IMG/VR virus record: IMGVR_UViG_3300025810_000004
Coordinates: 64,001 to 128,000 of that record
Strand: one strand, 5' to 3'
Length of the DNA: 64,000 bases
Origin: a virus
In this document: piece by piece, positions 56,672 to 64,000 of the stretch
Layout of the letters: every line of letters begins with the position of its first letter
Position numbering within the stretch: position 1 is the first letter of the stretch
The notes under the pieces: model-generated
Seen by the model: the letters and a program-made list of their open reading frames with translations, nothing else
What the model was told of the DNA's origin: nothing
Databases searched by the model: none
Translations under genes and position numbers: made by a program

Positions 56672-57337
56672 TCAGAACCAGGGGGTTTCCCCCCAGAAAT
56701 CTCGGTATACAAGGTATTGTTCTGTAGCATACCTTTGGGCGGCAGGTCCTGATCCATTATACCGACGGAGAGCGTCTTTGGGGTCGCCTTTTGCATATCT
56801 GAGAGCTTCCGAAAGAACGAATCCCACAGCGTGTAGGTTTACCTCCGGGTCGTATAGGTCATCGACCGAATTGATGATACCCTCCCTTTTGAGGGTCGTC
56901 TCCCAAACGACCGGGTGAATCTGGCCCAGACCTATTTCTCCTGCTGCCCCGAGCGCGTCGGTCTTGCATCGGCTCTCCCTGTACACGGTCAGTGCTATGA
57001 CTCTGGGGTTGACTTTGTGGGCTTCTGCCGCTTTTCCGATGAAGGCGTTGAACTCTTCTGGGGGGTTGATCCTACAGTGCTGGGCGAAGTCTTCGGTCGG
57101 AAGTCCCTCAGGAACTTCGCTGTCGGCTCCCCCATTTCCTGCAATACTGTCTCCCTGTCCCCCTTCTCCCACAAGGTCACCAGTCTCTCGCACTCCTGTA
57201 TGGTCCGTGTCTTCACAGTATTCCTTTCCGACCTTCACGAAGGCCAGCAGGGCGAATGTGAAGGCTGCCCCGCACGCAAAGAACCCCAACGCCTCGTAGA
57301 AGCGATGGTTGCCCTCAGTATACAGAGGCGGTCTCAC
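56672..57337 (-). CDS. lytic transglycosylase (SLT domain) with N-terminal TM
   Basis: YRESRC, GEIGLGQI, LYDPEVNL..G..L, ALRRYNG. Confidence 0.9.
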   Translation of the reverse strand: MRPPLYTEGNHRFYEALGFFACGAAFTFALLAFVKVGKEYCEDTDHTGVRETGDLVGEGGQGDSIAGNGGADSEVPEGLPTEDFAQHCRINPPEEFNAFIGKAAEAHKVNPRVIALTVYRESRCKTDALGAAGEIGLGQIHPVVWETTLKREGIINSVDDLYDPEVNLHAVGFVLSEALRYAKGDPKDALRRYNGSGPAAQRYATEQYLVYRDFWGETPWF

Positions 57338-57495
57338 GATGCACTCTCACGGTCCTTCCGCGACTGGATGGCCGACCGAATGTGCCTCTGGTCCACGTTT
57401 GGGAACTGGCGCTTGACCTGCTTCCGGCTGGGGCACTCAGGCTGGGCGTCTACCCATGCCTGCACCCTGTTGCGCTGTTCACGGCTTTCGTACAC
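57334..57495 (-). CDS. small hypothetical protein
   Basis: 53-aa MYESREQRNRVQAW.. whose stop overlaps the SLT start; GGAG upstream. Confidence 0.45.
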   Translation of the reverse strand: MYESREQRNRVQAWVDAQPECPSRKQVKRQFPNVDQRHIRSAIQSRKDRESAS

Positions 57496-57619
57496 TCTCG
57501 CGTCTCCGAAGTTGGTCTATACCTACAGTTTACAATACCACCGTCTTGTGGTTTATCGTTCTTCTCCGGTCCGTGTTTTATAGGTAAAGTAACCACAGAA
57601 GCAAGAAGCACGGGACCCA

Positions 57620-60600
57620 ATGTCTATACTAGACTCTTCCTCATACGTGTTGAGACCATCACGCAGCGCGGGTGGTAACTCCAGTACGACCGACGAGGCC
57701 ACCACTGGGGTGGATCGTGACCATCTGTATCCGGAGGAGTTCCCTGCGGCGTACGTGGTCAAGCCCACAGATGGTCCGGTGGAGCCATACGGCGATATGT
57801 ACCGTGCCGCTGTGCTGCTTCAGCCTTCTGACAGGGCCGGGAAGCAGGAATACTGTCTGTTTGCTGCCACCACGGGCTCCCTGAGCACTATCGAGGATGC
57901 TTCCTTCGTTGTGACTGGTGGGTCCGACTCCGTGCAGGTTATTCCGGGTTCGCTTTCCGTTGGGGGGTTCGAAGACGGAACCACCTCCTTCTACATCCGA
58001 GACGAGGGTGCCAGAGACGTTTCCAGTGTGGTCTCCATATCCATAGTGGTGGGGGGAACCTCCGTGACCAATGCGGTCACCTGTACCGTGACATCCTATG
58101 ATGCTCTCACCGGGCGGGTTGAGATAGACGCTTCTGGGATAGGGGGAGGATATTCCGAGGAGAGAGGAGACACTATACTTGCGGCCTATTATGTCCTTGC
58201 CGGGGTGTCCTTCTGGTGGACCCGCAACGACACGGTAGACGGTGTTTCCCGATTTGGGTGGAACGGAAAGGTCCAGAAGTGGCTCCCCCTTCCCGGAACC
58301 CCCGCCAGGTCTTTGGGTGCGGTTGACCCGGACGAGGCTTACACCCTGAACCCGGCCCCCACCAGATTCGAAATTGGGGACACCCTTCCAGGCGACCCCT
58401 CAGAGGGAGACCAATACGCGTTGCTGCGTGTGGGTCTGTACTCAGACAAGGATTCCACCCCCCTCGAAGTGAGGGTGGTGTCCGACGAAGTCGCAGACGC
58501 AGGATGGGATGGAGGCGGCGGGGACGCCATAGTCGGAGTGAACAGTGGATTCCTTGTTCTCAGCGACGCCTTCATTGAAGTCAACGCGGGACGCACACTT
58601 TGGTACAACGCAGAAACCTTCGTTCCCGATGCCGACGGGGATATGGGAGTTGTTGCAGACTTCCCCATCGTGGACAACCAGGGGTTCCCTTCTCTTTCCC
58701 CGGCACCCGGCCCCACCGAGCGCCCCTTCCTGAGAATAGGGAACAGGCAGTACCTGACCCCCATACCCAAGGAGGATGACACCTCCTTGAACAGCCCAAG
58801 CGGGGTCCCCAGCGGCTCCTTTGAATGGAGCAAGACCACAGGCAAGATAGTCCTGTCCGCTGTCGACATAGCGAAGTGCACCCCCGGCTTTTCTACGGCA
58901 GAAGGCGACCCAGCCGACTACGAGATACCCTATCTGGGTGCGCGTCTGTTCTTCGACGGGGTGGCGCTCAGCACCCAGCCCATCCCTGTCAGGGGTCCCT
59001 CTTATTGCATAGACGCTGAAGGAGACGGCGGAAACGGCTCCCCTATAACTGGCGACCCGGATGGGGTTCCAACCTTCGGTGACCTCTTCGTTGACAGGGC
59101 CAAGCCACTGCCCCCTCCTGGGGTCAGTGGGGTGTCTTGGGTGCCAGACAACAGCGGCGTTGTGCCTGATGGTGCCGCTGTCCCTGTCCCCGACCCCCCT
59201 CAGACCCGCCCCAACGGAACGGGGCTCGTGAGACAGGTCAAGGCAGAAGCTGGAGACATGTTCTTCTTCAATGGCAACACCGGGGGGTCCGGATACGCCT
59301 ACGAAAACGTCGACATCATCGAGTACGACGAAGATGTAACCAAGCTCGAATTCAGAATCCCCAAGACTGACGTGGAAGTCGCTCGTCAGTCCAAGAACGC
59401 CCCCAGCAACTATCCTTATTCTTCTCAGATAAACATGAGAAGGAGGCCAGTGAAGGGTGACGGCCTGCTCTTCAGGCAGGCCATGGTCATACCCTCAGTG
59501 TACTCTGATACCGCTCGGGTCTATTCGAGGTTCATGGGTCCGTACCAGCTGGACGGGACGGAAACTCTCCGCTATGCGCTGGGCGGTACAGAGTATCTTT
59601 GGACTGCTCCGGGGTCTGGTTCTTACACCGCTTCTGACATAGCGGCCAGTTTCCCTGTCGGACACGCAGGCCACCAGCGGGGAATCCTGTACCTGGAGGA
59701 CCCAAGCGGGACCGACATAGAGATAGGGTGGCACCTCCCTGAGTCCTCAGGTGGTCCTCCACGCGGGAGATTTGAACTGTCCGCACACGCGGCACTTGGT
59801 CTCCTTCCCGGCTGGAAGATTGTCGCCGGGGACAGCGAATACAGGTGGCTACCAGACAACGGGGTTGCGCTCGGAGTCTTCCGTAGCCCCACGAACCTTG
59901 ACCGGAGTGACCCCACCCCGGATATAAGGGCCAGGTCGGTCTTGAAGAACGAGGTTCTGACCGACAACATCCCCGCCGTTCCCTTCATAACCATAAACCA
60001 GCCTCCGCTGGAGGATATTCCTGGGTACGAGGAGGACTCCCACTTCAGGGTCCGGTCCGGTCTCCTCAGGTTGAACCTCAAGAATTACCAGACCATCCGG
60101 GACATTGGGCTGAAGTATGACTGGCCCAACGACAGGATGCAGTGGATAAGGGAAGGCAAGACCAACTCCACGGAAATAGCCTTCCCTTCTTCCGTTCTGC
60201 AGTTGGCTGACACCGGGGTACTTCCGGAAACGGTGTCGTCGGATGCCATGCTGGACGGCGCTTTCGGTCTGGACCTGAAGTCCGCTAAGGACGACTCCTT
60301 CAGTGAGCTGACTCAGGGAACAGAATTCCTGATGCCGGGTGGAGGAAACCCAGGTCAGGCGTTTCTCGTTGAGGTAGCCGGGGAGACGAAGTACCAGGGG
60401 GGCAACGGTACCTTCGTTGCGGGTGACACGCTCTTCTCCGACCCCAACACCACCATAGGGTCCGTGCCAGCGGGATACCTCCTGCACATCATAAACGGGG
60501 ACGCCGAGGGGGTCTACACCTTCACGGACAGCTTCCTGAATGTGTCCCCGGCCTTCCCCGCCAGCGCTGGTTTCCCCCTGGGCCCACCCGCACAGTGGAA

Positions 60601-63600
60601 GATATACGAGGCCAAGACCAGAGGGGAAGTGGACAACACGCTCTTGGCTGACGTTCAGCAGACCGTGCAGAACCACCTCTCAGAGGAGCCATTCAAGATC
60701 CGGCTCTTGACCTATGCAGGAGACGTTGGGAGCACTCTGACGGTCAACCCGTCTGATGCCATCAGAAGTGGCCGAATAGTCAGGGTGAGGTTTGGACTGG
60801 AATCCGGGTCCCCGGAAGCCGTACCCTCTTATCTGGTCAGAGGCACGGATCTCGGTCCGATTGCAACAGACGGTCTTTTTGTGGACCCCACAGACCCCCA
60901 CGTTTCCAATTCTGGGGCGACCGTATACTTCCAGATCCGCGTGGGGGCAGAGATTTACGTCCCCACCGTGAACGGAGGCGGCGGGCTCGTTGACGTGGAC
61001 ACCACCACCGGAGAGGTCTTCATAGACCCCAACGTCGTGTCGGACCAGACCGGGAGTTCTGTTTTCTACGATCAGATCTTCCTGTCCCCCAGCGATCTGA
61101 GTGCGGGTGAATGCGAGATAGACTCCTCGGATGGGTCGGTCAACCTTTCTGGGGCCGATACAAGCAGCTATTCCGGTGCGAAGGCTTATTTTGTTGAGCA
61201 GATGGTCACCGAGAACAACCTCGACGTCACCACTTCTCCCCTGAACGGAAGTCTGCTGTTCAACAAGCCGCTCCGCGCTATGCAGATAGTGGAGGTCAAC
61301 TACTTCCAGGCGGATACCAACGGCGACAAAGCCCTGGATTCAGACGGGAACGAGATAGAGGTGACCGAATTCTTACCCCTCGTGGTGAGACTGGAGACTG
61401 CCACCAGAATCGACGGGTACACCTATTCCTACAATCCCACCGGAAGAACCGAGTCCTCGACTGTGGAACCCTTCATGTGGGTTGGGGTGGAGTTGCAGAA
61501 TTTTGCGGGTGTCACGAACGCCGTCGCCAACGAGGGGACCATAACCTTCACCAACGAAGTGTCCGAAACCGACACCGTTCAGATCAATTACGGTGTTCTC
61601 GAAGCATTCGGAGGGGAACAGGCTTACACCGTGAGCACTCCCCCGGTGTACAGGAAGCCATTCTGGATAGACGCCGAGTCCAGCAGCTTCCCCCTACAGT
61701 CGGACAAGACCTCTGTGTTTGAGGCTGGTGATCTCGTTCTGGTGGGAGAAACTCCGCTGTACGTGACTGGTTCGTCTTATGACGCCTCCACCGAGGCGAC
61801 CACTGTTTCCTTCTTCCCCACCACCCAAGGCGAAGTGGGTAGCAGAGCAGTGGGGAGGGACGTCAGTCTGACCGTTTCTGACTTCAAAGTGGCGGTGGAT
61901 TACGGGGGCGACGAGGGTTTCATGCCCACCCTCAACACCGACGCCATAACTGGTACCCCTCTGCAGCCAGCAGACAGGGGACAGCTGGAAGTTTCCTTCT
62001 ATGGTGACGTCAGGGCCTTCACGAGGGCAAGCCACATACTGGAGATAGACGGGTACCCGTACCTCATAATCAGCTCTTCTCAGTCCGCTGACGGCAGAAA
62101 CACGGTCGTCACAGTCGGTACCCCCCTCTACAAGGACCACGACAACTCGCAGAAGGTCAGAGTCAGTGTGCGCCCGGTTCACACCCCCGGACCCACCGAA
62201 TTCGTTGGGCTCGGACCCTTGGTTCCGACCGAAGAGTTCGACCTTTTCTTGATGGGCCGAACCGAATCCTCAGGGAACCCGATTCCCGGTAAGAACCTCA
62301 TAGAAGGCGTCCACTACACCCTCGATCCCACCACGGGTTCTGTGGTGTTCCAGTCTCCGACCCAGGGACCCCTTCAGGCGGGGGAATACCTCCACTTCAG
62401 GTACATGAAGCTGGTGGAGGTCACTCCAGAGATTGTGGACGGGGCCTTGTTGTATCCTCTCTACAAGTCCAAGTACCTGGCTGTGTCTACCCCCAGCTCA
62501 AAGAACGGGATACTGGGGAAGGTCCTCAAGGCGAAGTACACCTATAGAAACCAAGACTCCTTCTTCTTCGAAGTTCTGCCTCTTCTGGACTATCTGCCGG
62601 AAGTGGAGAGTGCTTCTTCCTCTCAGGGCATAACCCCAATAGGCGGAGGAGCGGTCCCAAGCACCCCAGGTGAAACCCCCCTCAACAAGCAGGGAAGATT
62701 TGGGCTCAGGGGAGAAACCCAAGATTATCTGGACCAGGACAGAGCTGCCAGAGCATACGTTGAATTCTTCAATGGGGTCATACTGGCGTTCGAGCAGGTG
62801 TTGGAAGCCATCGACGGTCGGATCATCGGTGACCGGGACGGCAAGTTCCGATTCTTCGTGGGTCGTGGTGCCCGGTACGCTCGACCTGGGTGGGAAGACG
62901 AGATCACGGGAGACCTCGTGGCACGTCTCGTCTGGCGTGAGGTCGTCAACGAGTGGGCACCGGATGGGTTCGACGGTTGGTATCGAACCACTGACCCCGT
63001 GTTTGACCCCACGACCGCTGAAGTGCCTGACGCGAGCAACCGTCCTGGCGAGACAAATGGGGTGACACCCAACCCGGACACGCTGAGATTCTTCGCTAAC
63101 CTCCAGCGGAACCGCATTAAGAATGATATGGATGACCGCCTGCTGGTTGGCTTCGGTCGTCCGCGTGGGTTCGCCACATTGTTCCCGAGCATCGACGTAC
63201 CCGGTCTCTTCAAAGCGATGTGGATGGCACACCGGTATTCACGCCTCTTCCCTGAAGCGACCAAGCACTTCTCCCGGCTGTTCCCTGGCATCGAATACGT
63301 TCCTGGGTCGAGTGCTGGGTTCTACACGTCTGGACGCAAAGTCGCGGTTCCCGGTCCCGAACCGGGTGAAGAGACCGAGCAGGTCGTCAAGACTCAGAAG
63401 TCTGCCATCGGACAGATCGCAAACCCGGCTCTGGGCAACGTCGAGAACGTGGTGGATATCACGAGTGCCGATCGGCTGCCTCGGGCACGAGTCTGGGCCT
63501 ACTACCCAGACGGAAATGCAGATCTCGGCACGGCTGGTCAGGCGACCATCGTGGCGACTCCTCTCCCTCTCGGGGAGTTTCCCATCGACCCGACCACCGG

Positions 63601-64000
63601 GTACCCGGACCCTGCCCAGCTTCTCTCGGGTGGTGGTGACCTGTACGACCTTGTGTCGGGCGACGTGGACTTGGCGACCCCAGCTTTCACGGCGGGTCAG
63701 CGGGTCAACTACGGAAAGCCAACGGGCGCGGTGTACGACCTCACCGACTCCAGCGGGAACGGGATCTTCGTTGACCAGGTGACCAACGGGTACATCATCA
63801 CCCTGGCCGACCAGAGCGGGTCAGGTGTGACGGGATCAAGCATTCTGTACAACGGCACTGACCCCCTGGAAGACATCATCAGCGTCGATGACGGCTACGG
63901 CGACACGGTGTTCTGCGGCCCGGTAGTACCTGACATCACGACGTTGGTGTACCCACCAACTTCGGAAAACGAGATTCAAGAACTTATCGAGGTTCTTCCA
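57620..64000 (+). CDS. giant virion structural protein (>2,127 aa, 3' truncated)
   Basis: MSILDSSSYVLRPSR.. frame still open at window end (..QELIEVLP); no frame-2 ORF terminates in this region in the track; beta/Gly/Thr-rich with EGVHYTLDPTTGSVVF-type modules. Confidence 0.8.
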   Translation, partial: MSILDSSSYVLRPSRSAGGNSSTTDEATTGVDRDHLYPEEFPAAYVVKPTDGPVEPYGDMYRAAVLLQPSDRAGKQEYCLFAATTGSLSTIEDASFVVTGGSDSVQVIPGSLSVGGFEDGTTSFYIRDEGARDVSSVVSISIVVGGTSVTNAVTCTVTSYDALTGRVEIDASGIGGGYSEERGDTILAAYYVLAGVSFWWTRNDTVDGVSRFGWNGKVQKWLPLPGTPARSLGAVDPDEAYTLNPAPTRFEIGDTLPGDPSEGDQYALLRVGLYSDKDSTPLEVRVVSDEVADAGWDGGGGDAIVGVNSGFLVLSDAFIEVNAGRTLWYNAETFVPDADGDMGVVADFPIVDNQGFPSLSPAPGPTERPFLRIGNRQYLTPIPKEDDTSLNSPSGVPSGSFEWSKTTGKIVLSAVDIAKCTPGFSTAEGDPADYEIPYLGARLFFDGVALSTQPIPVRGPSYCIDAEGDGGNGSPITGDPDGVPTFGDLFVDRAKPLPPPGVSGVSWVPDNSGVVPDGAAVPVPDPPQTRPNGTGLVRQVKAEAGDMFFFNGNTGGSGYAYENVDIIEYDEDVTKLEFRIPKTDVEVARQSKNAPSNYPYSSQINMRRRPVKGDGLLFRQAMVIPSVYSDTARVYSRFMGPYQLDGTETLRYALGGTEYLWTAPGSGSYTASDIAASFPVGHAGHQRGILYLEDPSGTDIEIGWHLPESSGGPPRGRFELSAHAALGLLPGWKIVAGDSEYRWLPDNGVALGVFRSPTNLDRSDPTPDIRARSVLKNEVLTDNIPAVPFITINQPPLEDIPGYEEDSHFRVRSGLLRLNLKNYQTIRDIGLKYDWPNDRMQWIREGKTNSTEIAFPSSVLQLADTGVLPETVSSDAMLDGAFGLDLKSAKDDSFSELTQGTEFLMPGGGNPGQAFLVEVAGETKYQGGNGTFVAGDTLFSDPNTTIGSVPAGYLLHIINGDAEGVYTFTDSFLNVSPAFPASAGFPLGPPAQWKIYEAKTRGEVDNTLLADVQQTVQNHLSEEPFKIRLLTYAGDVGSTLTVNPSDAIRSGRIVRVRFGLESGSPEAVPSYLVRGTDLGPIATDGLFVDPTDPHVSNSGATVYFQIRVGAEIYVPTVNGGGGLVDVDTTTGEVFIDPNVVSDQTGSSVFYDQIFLSPSDLSAGECEIDSSDGSVNLSGADTSSYSGAKAYFVEQMVTENNLDVTTSPLNGSLLFNKPLRAMQIVEVNYFQADTNGDKALDSDGNEIEVTEFLPLVVRLETATRIDGYTYSYNPTGRTESSTVEPFMWVGVELQNFAGVTNAVANEGTITFTNEVSETDTVQINYGVLEAFGGEQAYTVSTPPVYRKPFWIDAESSSFPLQSDKTSVFEAGDLVLVGETPLYVTGSSYDASTEATTVSFFPTTQGEVGSRAVGRDVSLTVSDFKVAVDYGGDEGFMPTLNTDAITGTPLQPADRGQLEVSFYGDVRAFTRASHILEIDGYPYLIISSSQSADGRNTVVTVGTPLYKDHDNSQKVRVSVRPVHTPGPTEFVGLGPLVPTEEFDLFLMGRTESSGNPIPGKNLIEGVHYTLDPTTGSVVFQSPTQGPLQAGEYLHFRYMKLVEVTPEIVDGALLYPLYKSKYLAVSTPSSKNGILGKVLKAKYTYRNQDSFFFEVLPLLDYLPEVESASSSQGITPIGGGAVPSTPGETPLNKQGRFGLRGETQDYLDQDRAARAYVEFFNGVILAFEQVLEAIDGRIIGDRDGKFRFFVGRGARYARPGWEDEITGDLVARLVWREVVNEWAPDGFDGWYRTTDPVFDPTTAEVPDASNRPGETNGVTPNPDTLRFFANLQRNRIKNDMDDRLLVGFGRPRGFATLFPSIDVPGLFKAMWMAHRYSRLFPEATKHFSRLFPGIEYVPGSSAGFYTSGRKVAVPGPEPGEETEQVVKTQKSAIGQIANPALGNVENVVDITSADRLPRARVWAYYPDGNADLGTAGQATIVATPLPLGEFPIDPTTGYPDPAQLLSGGGDLYDLVSGDVDLATPAFTAGQRVNYGKPTGAVYDLTDSSGNGIFVDQVTNGYIITLADQSGSGVTGSSILYNGTDPLEDIISVDDGYGDTVFCGPVVPDITTLVYPPTSENEIQELIEVLP

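Noticed and set aside
1-64000. Bacterial chromosome or extracellular contractile injection system instead of phage
   Set aside because: Terminase, portal and baseplate genes are interleaved with replication genes, tRNAs and many orphan ORFs. Host-like genes are isolated rather than in cellular operons, and eCIS loci lack terminase and portal.
1-64000. Stop-codon reassignment (alternative genetic code)
   Set aside because: Long conserved genes are intact in code 11 and end in TAA, TAG and TGA. The dnaX break involves different frames, so read-through cannot explain it, and no suppressor tRNA is seen.

Overview
This window is a dense, moderately GC-rich fragment of a large (jumbo-type) tailed dsDNA phage with a contractile tail. 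Structural genes: terminase large subunit, portal, baseplate J-like and gp25-like wedge genes, a probable tail tube gene, and a >2,100-aa ORF running off the right end that the ORF track missed. Replication/transcription genes: DnaQ-like exonuclease, DnaX, NusG-like and sigma-region-4-like proteins. Also present are lysis/cell-wall enzymes, host-like auxiliary genes (IMPDH, type II glutamine synthetase, Dps, a two-component system, a TPR-sulfotransferase) and three tRNA genes. The best candidate for an undescribed system is a modular 'late promoter + RBS + ~33-aa N-terminal leader' cassette (consensus M..LTAsDRKxLIRLASxLxKGsxxRRAILAGL). It is fused to six unrelated cargo domains. The same region has polyprotein-like genes punctuated by K/R-x-A/S sites and R-V/L-A-x-R/K-aromatic motifs. 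I infer a capsid-targeting/processing system for virion-packaged, injected effectors. A shared promoter-like motif (CGKTRR-N6-TAT) precedes about 17 genes. dnaX appears to be a naturally fractured gene: a split intein with a LAGLIDADG remnant between the halves. A candidate structured ncRNA with a duplicated pseudoknot lies upstream of the tRNAs. All family assignments come from motif recognition by eye; no database searches were run.
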